From a virus (lineage: Duplodnaviria; Caudoviricetes), in IMG/VR virus record IMGVR_UViG_3300023179_000114, positions 1-60,358 of that record: 60,358 nt of DNA. One strand, given 5' to 3'. Below are positions 49,774-60,358 of the stretch, in pieces. Each line of letters starts with the position of its first letter. The first letter of the stretch is position 1. The translations under genes were made by a program, and so were the position numbers. The notes beneath the pieces are model-generated. The model was not told the DNA's origin, searched no databases, and worked only from the letters and a program-made list of their open reading frames with translations.

Positions 49774-49989
49774 ATGGAAATGCTCATATTTTTTGCTGGA
49801 GTAATTATGATGTTAGTGGTTAGTTCTGGTCTGGCTCTTAGTATTCTATTTATGGGGGACTTAAATCCAGACTCAAGACATAATCAAAGAGTAAATTATA
49901 CCTTATCAGAACTTAAAGACAATGACACTTTGAAGAAACTAGTAAATGAAGTTAAACAGTATAAGGTTAAAATTGATGAACAATCATGA
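49774..49989 (+). CDS. Small TM protein (partner; paralog at 57025)
   Basis: IFFAGV...L...G...S..F.G. Confidence 0.65.
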   Translation: MEMLIFFAGVIMMLVVSSGLALSILFMGDLNPDSRHNQRVNYTLSELKDNDTLKKLVNEVKQYKVKIDEQS

Positions 49990-51382
49990 TTAATTAAGAA
50001 GCGAAGGCATAAAAGCCATCGTTTCTTTTTTTAAAGTCTGTCTTGACAACCGCCGATAGGTTTTGTATATTTAGTGCAACCTTGGAGAAAAACGATGACT
50101 CTCATTAAATGTTTTAGCACTGTTATTGGACATAAAGAGGCTCAAGAACTTGTAACTGATCTTAATCAGATGAAGTCGGCCCAATCTGAGGATTTTTATA
50201 TTGAATATGATAGGTCTAAGGATTATTATAAGGATGATACATATATAGTAGTAGGTAATGTTACTGAAGAAGATTGGGAAGAACTTAATCTTGATATGGA
50301 TTTTATGGAAGTAGGCGACATATAATGACTGGCCTAGTTTTATTTAGTGTTTTAGGATATATAAGTTATATTCGTATTTATGATTGGTGGTATGGATATG
50401 GTGAATTGTTCTAAAAATTTCGATTATATTTTATGGAGCATATGATGATCTCTTTAAAGGACTATTTAAATAAAATTGCTGACTATATTGATAGCGAATA
50501 TGGTAATATTGATGGTGGTCATCTTACAGATGATGAAAAACACACCATTAAAAATATAGTTATGGCTCATTATGAAATGAATGATAATGTATCTAATGTT
50601 GCCAATGCTATTGCTCTATATATAAGAGAGAGTAGATCTTGGACAAAAGATAATACCAAATAATTATTACTATTCTTGTGGCGGCAAGAAATCACGAGGG
50701 TTTTTTGCTTATGGACTATGAATATAGAAATATAGATACGGATGTTGAATTGTTAAAAGCGGCTAGAATGTATTGGGAAGATCATATTTCTAAAACAGAA
50801 ATATATGATATACTAGCCAATAAATGTTATAGTAAATGGGAAGCAGACAGGGCTTTTACAGATTATTACTATATTTATGTATATTCTCCTAATTTAATAG
50901 AAAAAATCTTGTATTTTTGGTCGTTTGTAAGTATTATTATGATGTGTTGTTATATTCTAAATATTTATGTTTTTCGCTAAAATCTTAAAGAGGGTCTTGA
51001 CAAACGCCGATTACAGTGGTATGCTTAGACGTATACCTTGGAGGCCGATATGAACTACTATATTGAAAAACACGATATGGAAATAATTTTGGATGCTTTG
51101 GAAAATCTGGTACTTTCCATGAAAAATACTAAAGCATTTGGATTGCCTAATCGCTATCCCTATTCTATAGAAGATGTTGATGGTCTGTTTCAAAGTTTTG
51201 ACAATAGTTTTGCGGAGCAATCAGAATGACATACCACTATGTTACTGTGCAAATTGTTATGAGAAATTGTGAGTCTGAGACAGACGCTAGAAGGAATTGT
51301 GTTAAACTTTTACCTTGTGATCCAGACGAAACCACTAAACATATGGAATCTTGGGAAATCACCAATATAAGGAGTTCCGATA

Positions 51383-51865
51383 ATGGGAATGGGTAGTTTT
51401 GCAGTTGGAAGTTTTGTTATCGAATATAAAGACTTGAAGAAGATTTGTCCTGATGAAATCAAGACCATTGAACAGGCTAAATATTTTAAAGATATTGGCT
51501 GGGGGAGTATTGCTCAATGGTTGAGTTGGGATGATCCAGACAATCTTAAAGATGAACTATATTCTTGTGTTGAAGAAGATCCTTCCAAACCTACTATAAG
51601 ACTAGAACTATCTGAGGATCAGATTGTAGAAGATATTTTTAATGATTATGATAAACTTATTACTAATCTAAAAAACTCATTCAATAAAAAAACAGGTTTG
51701 AATTTGTATTTTGACAACTATGATAGTGAATATGGCGACCGTTATGATAATCCCGGCGATAAAGATGGTTGTATTTTTTGTGTGGACGGTATGGTACAAC
51801 TAACTCCTGCCGGAGAAAAGTTTAAAGATATTATCACAGAACGCAAATGGACTCAATTCGGTTAA
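51383..51865 (+). CDS. Hypothetical protein
   Basis: AAGGAG RBS, 160 aa. Confidence 0.7.
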   Translation: MGMGSFAVGSFVIEYKDLKKICPDEIKTIEQAKYFKDIGWGSIAQWLSWDDPDNLKDELYSCVEEDPSKPTIRLELSEDQIVEDIFNDYDKLITNLKNSFNKKTGLNLYFDNYDSEYGDRYDNPGDKDGCIFCVDGMVQLTPAGEKFKDIITERKWTQFG

Positions 51866-52271
51866 TTTTATCTCTTAATTAAAGAAAGTTACAAATGAGT
51901 GTTAAACTTGGTGTGATTAGTAGAGGCAATAAGTTTGTGGTTACTAAGAATGGAGAGCCTATTATTCTTCCTAAGAGTGATGGACAAACTATAGTGACAG
52001 AATTTGATTCTAAGGAAGATGCTGAAAAGTATATCAGTATTCTTAATCGTTTGAATCAACAGAAGAAATATGCGTAGTAAGAAAAAACTTTTACTAATTT
52101 TAGCCAGAGCAATAGATCATAGGGTTGGTCAAACTGATGAAGATGCTCCAGATGTTCCTATTTTAACCCAAGTAGAAGCATGGACAGCATTTTGGATAAA
52201 ATTATGTATAATCTTGATAAATTTTATAACGTGTGGCTTTATCATAGCCAATACTATACATCACTGGTAAC

Positions 52272-52652
52272 ATGACTGGTTTAAATGTAACATCTCCCTG
52301 GTCTATGCTTTTAATCAATGGCGACAAAAGCGTTGAGACACGATCCTATCCCCTGCCTAAAAGACTGGAAGGTGTTGAGTTAGCACTAATAGAAACTCCG
52401 GGGAAATACGGCCGATTCAAAAGCAGGATCATTGGGACTATTACTTTTAGTCATAGTTTTCAGTATCCAGACGAACAATCTTGGAAAGATGACTATAACA
52501 GACATAAAGTGGAAGAAAATGATAAATTTTATAGTTGGAATGAGAATAAAAAGAAATATGGATGGGTAGTTAGTAATATTACTAAATTTGAAAATCCTAT
52601 TGAGCCTCCTAAAAAACGAGGCATCATTTATGTGAAGGATTGCCAAGTATGA
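52272..52652 (+). CDS. ASCH domain protein
   Basis: PWS.LLINGDKSVETRS...IIGTI...YGW...GI. Confidence 0.8.
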   Translation: MTGLNVTSPWSMLLINGDKSVETRSYPLPKRLEGVELALIETPGKYGRFKSRIIGTITFSHSFQYPDEQSWKDDYNRHKVEENDKFYSWNENKKKYGWVVSNITKFENPIEPPKKRGIIYVKDCQV

Positions 52653-52827
52653 AATACTTAGATACTTTTGATACATGGGATAGAATAATTAAGTTGACCA
52701 GAGGCGATCATTATTTTACTCTGTGGATACATGACAAGAATAAAGACCATACGGAAACTCTTCAACTAAGTGAAAAAGAATTAAAAGGATTCGTTGGTTT
52801 TATTAACAGATTTCTAGAAAGTAAATA

Positions 52828-53502
52828 ATGTATGATTGTATAATTATTAGTGATTTACATTTAGGCAGCAATATTTGTAGATATAAACAGATACAAAAAT
52901 TTTTATCATCACTACCACCTACTAAGGAATTAATTATTAATGGAGATTTATTTGATAGTTTAGACTTCAAAAGACTCAAACAAAATCATTGGGACATACT
53001 AGCAACTTTTCGCAAAATTTCTAAACACACAAACATAGTATGGATTAAAGGCAATCATGATGGCTCAGAAGATATTTCCCACCTAATAGGAGCATCATTT
53101 GTTAATGAATATACAGTAACAAGTGCTCATAAATCATTTTTAATATTACACGGAGATATTTTTGATAAATTTATTACTAATCATCCCATATTAACTAAAT
53201 GTGCTGACTATTTTTATAGAATGATCCAGTATGTAGACGCATATTTTTCTACAGATTTTTATTATTCAAGTTTAGCCAAAAATAATAGTAAAACTTTTTT
53301 AAGATGCTCAGAAGTAATTTGTGAAAAAGCCAAAATATATGGGGCTTTACATCATGTAAATGGTGTTATTTGCGGACACACTCACCTACCTTTAGTTAAT
53401 ACTAATGGTCAAATAGAATATTATAATACTGGGTCATGGACAGATAAAAATTGTTCATATATTACCATTAAAAATGGTCAAGTTGATCTAATACTATCTT
53501 GA
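52828..53502 (+). CDS. Calcineurin-like metallophosphoesterase (LpxH-like)
   Basis: ISDLHLG, GDLFD, GNHD, LHGD.FD, CGHTH, YYNTGSW. Confidence 0.85.
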   Translation: MYDCIIISDLHLGSNICRYKQIQKFLSSLPPTKELIINGDLFDSLDFKRLKQNHWDILATFRKISKHTNIVWIKGNHDGSEDISHLIGASFVNEYTVTSAHKSFLILHGDIFDKFITNHPILTKCADYFYRMIQYVDAYFSTDFYYSSLAKNNSKTFLRCSEVICEKAKIYGALHHVNGVICGHTHLPLVNTNGQIEYYNTGSWTDKNCSYITIKNGQVDLILS

Positions 53503-53617
53503 CAAATGATTTTAAGCACATATTATCTCTTCAGATTCGTGTGAATCCGTTAGTGCCATAATAATGGGCTAATTTTACAATGTTAAACTAGGTTTTAGTT
53601 TGTAACGGAGGTTTATT

Positions 53618-54118
53618 ATGAATATGCTATATCGTCCTGCTAATTCTAACGGCTATCTTGCTCCTCGTCGCGTTGATCTTTTTTCTGAGATTAGTAAAGA
53701 ACTAGATCATGCTATGAATAATATCTTTGGGCATGATTTTTTTGCAGGATTAAGCAAGAAAGGACGGGGTTATCCTTTGATGGATGCTATAAGAACAGAG
53801 AAAGATTTAACTCTAAGATATACTGTACCTGGAGTTAAGAGCGAAGATTTAACTGTTGAAATTACAGAAGATGATTTGGGGCGATTGTTGACCGTTGGAG
53901 GATTGTTGCATGAAGATTATATCGGAAAAAATGAAGATTATCAAATTAGAGAATTAAGTGGTCAGGAATTTAGACGAGTTGTTAGACTGCCTTCTGACTT
54001 AAATGAGAAAGATCCAACTACTACCTTGAAAGATGGTATTTTAACACTAACATTTGGTTTGGCTAAAACTGAACAACCACAAACTAAAGTAAAGCGTTTG
54101 AAAGTTAATGAAGGATAA
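53618..54118 (+). CDS. Hsp20/alpha-crystallin small heat shock protein
   Basis: VPGVKSEDL.VE...RE....FRR...LP...LKDGIL.L. Confidence 0.88.
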   Translation: MNMLYRPANSNGYLAPRRVDLFSEISKELDHAMNNIFGHDFFAGLSKKGRGYPLMDAIRTEKDLTLRYTVPGVKSEDLTVEITEDDLGRLLTVGGLLHEDYIGKNEDYQIRELSGQEFRRVVRLPSDLNEKDPTTTLKDGILTLTFGLAKTEQPQTKVKRLKVNEG

Positions 54119-54132
54119 TAAAAAGAATAAGA

Positions 54133-54165
54133 GTGGTGGGGGATAACCTGTCCCCCACTATTTTT
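54133..54165 (+). terminator. Rho-independent terminator
   Basis: GGTGGGGGATA/TGTCCCCCACT plus T-tract. Confidence 0.8.
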
Positions 54166-54426
54166 AAACTTGCTCTTGACAGTTGCCGATAACTATGGTA
54201 TACTGGTTCTAAACCTTTGGAGAACAGATTATGAACTTTAGAACTGCTGCTGAGGAGTGTGCCAGATATATTTTTGATAGTGATAGTGAGCAAATTAGTT
54301 ATCAAGAATATATTGAGGAAGGTAATGATCCCAGAGATCATATTTTGTATCATGCTGCTGTGGTTTTGGGCATTGATAAAGAAGAGTTTGATAATGATAT
54401 AAAACAATATATTAAAGAAAATACAT

Positions 54427-55188
54427 ATGCTTAGAACTAGAATACATTATTGGAACTGTGGGAAATTCGCTGATTATATTCGCGGATCAAAAAAGCCTTA
54501 TGCTCTTGGATGGACAGAATGGGATGAGTGGCATATTAACGCCGCCAAAAAACATCCTATAAGATATTGGATTGTTGAAACCGGCTTCAAAAAACTTCAA
54601 GATATTGTTTATTATCCTAGCGATCTTTATTATTCTATTAAGACCTATATTAAAAATCGTTGGATAGATAAATGTCATCTTGTTAATACAGGACTAAAGC
54701 CGGGACAGTATTATGATTTTGATACCAAGGTTTTACATGGTTTATTTTATGAACTGGTTGATTATGTAGAAGTAGAACTTGCCGCCTCTGCTAAATGGAG
54801 TAGCAAAAACAAGAATAAATATAAATTTGTTAAAGGTCGTTGTGCAAAAGCAGGATTGGATCATTTAAATTGGGCGTCAAGATTAACCTACGGAAAAGAT
54901 TGGTGCAAAGATAAAACTGATCCAGATTATAATCTGCCAACTCAGCAAGCAATAGATGCTAAAAAAATCAAGGAACTTTATATTTGGTGGACAGTTACTA
55001 GACCAAAAAGAAAAGATCCTCAAGATTTGAGTGGATATACTAAAATAGATGCTGATCCTAAGAGTCTTAATGACAAAAAATTAAGAAATGCTCTGAGTAG
55101 GCTTGAAAAAATCGAACAAAAATATGATAATGAGGATACTGAAAAACTGATAGAACTTATCAAACTTAGACATAGTATTTGGACATAA
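54427..55188 (+). CDS. Phage hypothetical protein
   Basis: HP.RYW...GL.HL.WA...EL Y.WW...RP...D...L..LIK.R..WT pattern. Confidence 0.75.
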   Translation: MLRTRIHYWNCGKFADYIRGSKKPYALGWTEWDEWHINAAKKHPIRYWIVETGFKKLQDIVYYPSDLYYSIKTYIKNRWIDKCHLVNTGLKPGQYYDFDTKVLHGLFYELVDYVEVELAASAKWSSKNKNKYKFVKGRCAKAGLDHLNWASRLTYGKDWCKDKTDPDYNLPTQQAIDAKKIKELYIWWTVTRPKRKDPQDLSGYTKIDADPKSLNDKKLRNALSRLEKIEQKYDNEDTEKLIELIKLRHSIWT

Positions 55189-56869
55189 ACATTATTATGC
55201 AAGCCACCTTAACTTTTAATCTCCCCGACGATCAACATGAATATGAGATTGCTACTCAAGCACCTAAAGTACAATCTTTTCTTTGGGATTTTAGTCAACA
55301 ATTAAGAAGTTGGTATAAGTATCATCATGATTTTAAAGATGCTGATGATGCTTTGAATAAGATACGAGATGAGTTTTATAGATTACTAAATGAACATAAT
55401 ATAGATATTGATCTATGAACAAACCAGACTTAGAACAAGATTTGTTATCTAGCGATTATATAAAACAAAAATGCAAGAATAGCGAAGTGTATAGTCAAAA
55501 TTTATATTCCGCTATATGCAATAATTTGTTCTATAAAAATAACCAAGAATGGAGTTGCAGTTGGCGTTGTGCTGGTGGTATAGTTGCTGATATAAGAAAT
55601 ATAGGTGAAGACTATCTGAGTTTCTATTGTTCTGGTATTGGAAGTGGTCATGTCGATGGTTATGTTTCTGAAAGTGTTGTTACTGATGAAATCAGAAATG
55701 ATTTACTTCAATTAGGATGGACAGTTAAGCCTTACGATAAAAACTATTTACAAAATTTTGATAAAATTATATGAAAGAAAAATCTGCCAAAGGAGTAAAA
55801 GGTTTTTTGCTTTATAGTCCTTTTGATAAATGTTATTTTTTCAGAGTGTATAACAAGAAAAATCCTAAAAAATTTAAAGATTATAGGATCACAGCAGAAG
55901 ATATAGAAATTAAACTGTTATCAGACTTTAATTCTTTGATAGAATTTAAAAATGGAGAAAAAGTTTTAGATTATAGCCAAAAAGTTCTTGGTAGAAAATA
56001 TAATGAACGACTTTAAGAAACAAACAATTGTATATGATGATCTTTTAATAGATATACAATATAATTCCATTGTAAAGAATAAACCATACTTGGTTAGATT
56101 TTATTCTTATGATTGTTGTTCAGAACATAGATTGGATCAACAAGATTTATTAAAACTAAACGGTGTTTTAGCCAACTTTGCTGTTGACAACCATGGCAGT
56201 ATAGAGTATAATCCTGAACATACATCTAATGGAGAACACAATGATTAAACATTTTCCAATTACTAATACAGAATTTGTGGCAAACCATTATTCTGAGAAA
56301 GATGGTGTTCCTATTAAGTACGTTTGTACTACAGATTTTAGTGCTAGTGATCGTCCTGTGGATATTTTTTATAGAGAAACGTCACACCCCCAATTTGGCA
56401 ATAAATATTTCGGTATTGCACCAGATTATGAGTCTGATAACTTTGTTATTTTTAATGCCGATAAGGTAGAAGATTTTACTTTTGGTATGGTAGAAGATGA
56501 CGATGGAAATATGCAGTATAGTAGATCTCACCATGATTATAAGAGTTTTAAGAATGGTAATATGATTGATGGTGGTAGACAATATATTCGTTCTAGTCTG
56601 AATAGTAAAGTATATGTTGTTCGTGATGGAAATATGATTCCTGGGGCAGACCCAAATGAATAGCATAGAAGAAGAAAAGATATTAGAAATCATGCGTCTA
56701 TGTAATCAAAAGATAGAAGAACAAAAAACTCATGAATCTAATATTGGTTATGGTATTGATGATTATTCAGAAGGCAGGATTGTTGGTGGTGCCTCGTTGG
56801 CACGAAGAATACTAGCAATATTACAAAGTATTCAAATTTAGTTTTATATTTATTTTATGAAAGGTTATT

Positions 56870-57028
56870 ATGAACAGTAGTACTTATTTTTATGTGGCCG
56901 CATTTGCAAGTTTTGTTTTTAGTGTATCTTTGTGGTTTCTAGGTGATGCAGACGTTAATAGGGATCAGGCTATTTTTGTGGGCCTTTGGGTTCCGAGTAT
57001 TCTTAGTCTTGGAAATCTTACTAAATGA
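56870..57028 (+). CDS. Small 2-TM membrane protein (52 aa, not in ORF track)
   Basis: MNSSTYFYVAAFASFVFSVSLWFLG...IFVGLWVPSILSLGNLTK. Confidence 0.7.
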   Translation: MNSSTYFYVAAFASFVFSVSLWFLGDADVNRDQAIFVGLWVPSILSLGNLTK

Positions 57029-57156
57029 GCAACTTTACTATATTTGTAGTTGGAGTAGCAATAACCCTCATAACAGGTATGGGGGTTCTTACTAGTCAGG
57101 TATTTATTGGTTATAAGCATAATATTATTAAGTCTAAGCCAGTATCAAATATGTGA
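57025..57156 (+). CDS. Small TM protein (43 aa, not in ORF track)
   Basis: MSNFTIFVVGVAITLITGMGVLTSQVFIG; ATGA overlap. Confidence 0.65.
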   Translation: MSNFTIFVVGVAITLITGMGVLTSQVFIGYKHNIIKSKPVSNM

Positions 57157-60100
57157 ATACTATAATGGATTGTCCTAATTGTATTACTCCGTGGAAATGT
57201 AATGGGCCTCATTTACTGCCTATGAGTGATAGTATTTATGAGAGTACTTATGGATATTTTATACTTAAAAATAATAGATGGATGTTTACTCCACTAGAAA
57301 AAGAATTTGACTCTGACGATCTAATGATTATAGCAGATACTCTTAGGAATTTAAACGAACATGACATACAATGAGTTTATTAAAACAGTAGATCAAGTTA
57401 GTGCCAATTTTAGTTGGAGATATGGTCAGGCACTTATGAATGTGCTTCATGGTGTTTGGCCCGAAAAATATGAAGAAATTACTAATCTAGAACTAGATTG
57501 CTATTACAGAGAAGATTTAGTTCCTGCAACTCTGACATTTCTTAAAGGAGATTGGAATCCTACCAAATGACTAATCAAGAATCTGAATCAGATAATCTAC
57601 CAGATAGTAAAATTCCTTGGTGGGATAATCACTATGAAGATACTTATAGCGAAGAAGTAGAAGATGGTTATCCTTATGATATGGGAACAAAAGTACAAGA
57701 ATAAATTTGTCTAACCTAAACAAGCAAGATTGAACTATGCCAAAAACCAAAACAAAGAAATTTGATTGTGATGTTAATGGTGGTATTATGGTCATAGCAG
57801 CATTAAGATATGCTTTAGGTAGGCATACTTATGTGCCGGGAGCAGTTCAAGATTGGATTAGTCTAAACTGGGATAGTCTTGATAGTAATACTAAAATTGT
57901 TGTTTTGAGAGATGTTTTTGAACACCTATATGATGATAGCAGACCTTCAGCATATAGAACCAGTATGACTGATTATGATTTATCAACATGGAAAAAGTTT
58001 GGTATTGAACATTATTGGAAATTAGATTATAATGAACGAAAAAGCGTTGATATGAATTTTAGTGGGGATAAGTCTGTTTGGCTAGTTGAAAAATTATATG
58101 GAACACAACCAGTATGACAACGCAAAATATTCCAAATTGGAAAAAGGGCGACATAATCTGCTTAATGGGTCATAGGGGTGGAGTTATACATATTTTTGAA
58201 GCAGAACGTGATCCTTGGTATGGAAAAACTTTTTTTAGTTCAACAGAAGATTGGTATTATGGTTTAAGACATTGTAAAGAAATTAGATTAGCGACTATAG
58301 AAGATATAGACTATAAAATACAATATCAAAAAGAAAATGTAGAAAGAGAAAAAGCAGCCTTAGATCAGTTACTTAATTTTCGGGAGCGTTTGTCAAAATG
58401 AAAATACAAAATAAAACAGAGATTGATTTATCAGAAGATGATGTCAAAAATATTCTTTATGAGTATCTTCGTAAAGGGTACGGGGATGGGGAATACTTTT
58501 TTAGATTTAGGGTAATAAATAAGCCAATCAAAAGTGGAATGTTTGATAGTATGGATAACCATGTCTTTGATAGCATACAGGTAACAATTACCGATGTCTG
58601 AACAAATTTTTGAAAATTATGACGAAGCCCACAGATATAGTTTAACTATACCATGGAAACTTGAACTGTGTAATGTTGGAGAAAGTTGTTGGTGTAGAGT
58701 TATCGCCCCCTCTGAACCAATAAGATTTAAAGAAAAAATAAGCAACTGGATCAAAGAAGATATTACTAGAGATTTTGACTATATTATTCCAGATGGTAGT
58801 ATAGATAAAGAAACGGCGGAATATGTTGTTGATTTACATAATAGATCAGTAAATCTTTATAAGAGTCAGAAGAAAAGATTAGAAGCATTACAAAAATTGA
58901 ACGATTTAGATCAAGAACTAGGGTTCTCTTGACAAACCAAAAATTTTTGTTAAACTACACCTACCATGAGTACCGATAAACAAATATGAAACCAACAACT
59001 AAACAACTTAAAGTTATAGAATTTCTTGAACAACAACTCAAGTTCTGGAAGAACACTAATGATATTAGTTCACCTACTCATGTTGGTGATATTAGTGAGT
59101 TTTCTAGAGCAAATCTATATGATAGTTTTTCAGAAGATGAGATTAAAGATATTGATATACTAACTACAGAGTTATACTTGAGTATTACGGAAATAGAATA
59201 ATGAGTTGGTCATACAGGGTCGTGAAGCAAGTTACCAAAATTCCTCTTGGGGATACTGATATATCTTATGGTATTCATGAAGTATATTATGATGATAACG
59301 GTGATATTGTTAATATATCCGAAAGTTTGGCCCATCCATTGTCAGATGATTTAGACGGATTACAGTGGAACCTAGAAAAAATGTTGGAGGCTTGTAAAAA
59401 GCCGGTTATCGACTATAATACTGGAGAAGAACAAGATCGGAATTAACCGACGCCGCTGGGTTGATCGCCAGAAGGCAACGTCCTTGACCTCTGTTTCCCG
59501 TATTTAGGGTTTCAACGTCAGATAATTGGGGTGTTTTCAATACAACAAACATGGTAAGACAAGGAAAAGGAGAATGGGATTTGACTAATATGAGAAAATA
59601 AAGCCTAGATCTGGAATATTGGTCTTTGATATCGGTGTTATTTTCAGAGTATTGGTAATGATACCTCACCTGCCATGTTAAAATACTTTTTATTCTATTG
59701 TTTCTTCGGTTTTTTAATATTACAAACAGTATTTTTATCTGTTGTTTTAGTTTATGAAATATATGAATTATTTTACTATTTTATCAATCCAAACTTTAAA
59801 ACTAATGATGTAGGACCAAAATGAAATTTGAAGGAATAAAAAACTATGGACAATTTTGATTGGGACTCATTTCTAGAAGAATCTAGAACTTACGAACCAT
59901 CTGCGACTTTATGGATTGATAAAGATTCGGATAGGGTAGAGTTAATTTTGGATACCGCTGCTTGTGTTTATAATGAATGGATAAAAGGCGAAGGAGCAGA
60001 TATTAGTTTGGTTAGATGCAGCAAAACTAACAAGGTTATTGGTATTAATTTACCACTATATCAAACTAAGTTTAGCATATTCTATACTGATGGAATAAGA

Positions 60101-60358
60101 GTCAAAATAAATGAAGGTTTCTTAAAAGATAAATAATTATGATAGTTAATATACCAAAAGAATTAGCAAACTTAGACAGAAATGATTTTACAAAAGTTTG
60201 TGAATTAGTAGACAAAATAGTTGCTGATATTGAAGAAATTCTTACTGAGATTGGAAGCGAAGAAGCATTGGCTTTAACTAAAGACTATATGATAGATTTG
60301 ATTAATCCAGATTTACTAGACTTTGACAAGTGGGATAACAATGACAGCAAATGAAGCG

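Larger units (their letters stand above)
46926..52270 (+). other. Dense run of small hypothetical plus-strand genes with several TTGACA promoters (e.g. 48321, 50043, 50997)
   Basis: Consecutive short ORFs with RBS; no recognisable families. Confidence 0.6.
55179..60354 (+). other. Dense run of small hypothetical plus-strand genes (e.g. 55415, 56229, 57737, 58594, 59201, 59846)
   Basis: Tightly packed, often overlapping ORFs; no confident family assignment. Confidence 0.65.

Noticed and set aside
59447-59580. GC-richer intergenic stretch with short complementary segments
   Set aside because: Pairings are too short and no clear promoter is present; insufficient support for an ncRNA

Overview
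This window is part of a large tailed dsDNA bacteriophage genome (Caudoviricetes). The host is possibly Planctomycetota, which is inference only. 1-23.7 kb is a minus-strand, AT-rich late module. It encodes mucin-like Thr/Pro-rich virion proteins, a tail fibre, an apparently circularly permuted leishmanolysin-like protease, a Hef-like endonuclease, major capsid, decoration, protease-scaffold, portal, a large terminase with a class-3 LAGLIDADG intein, ERCC4 and HNH nucleases, GDP-mannose 4,6-dehydratase and a sigma factor. At about 24.3 kb strand and composition switch to a plus-strand early/middle region of small genes. 25.2-41.7 kb is built from cassettes punctuated by 16 copies of an exactly 78-bp double-palindrome element. 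Fifteen of these sit about 21, 31 or 41 bp upstream of a TTGAC -35 box. A second, 45-bp element occurs in 9 copies. The region also carries 8 tRNA genes, including Gln(UUG) split by a 196-nt group I intron, Ser(ACU) and Ile(UAU). Other RNAs are a tRNA-shaped RNA whose anticodon arm is replaced by a polypyrimidine tract complementary to the purine-rich leaders of the first early genes, a ~345-nt structured ncRNA and a ~95-nt sRNA. Three HNH endonuclease genes abut tRNA sequences. All calls were made by eye and no searches were run.
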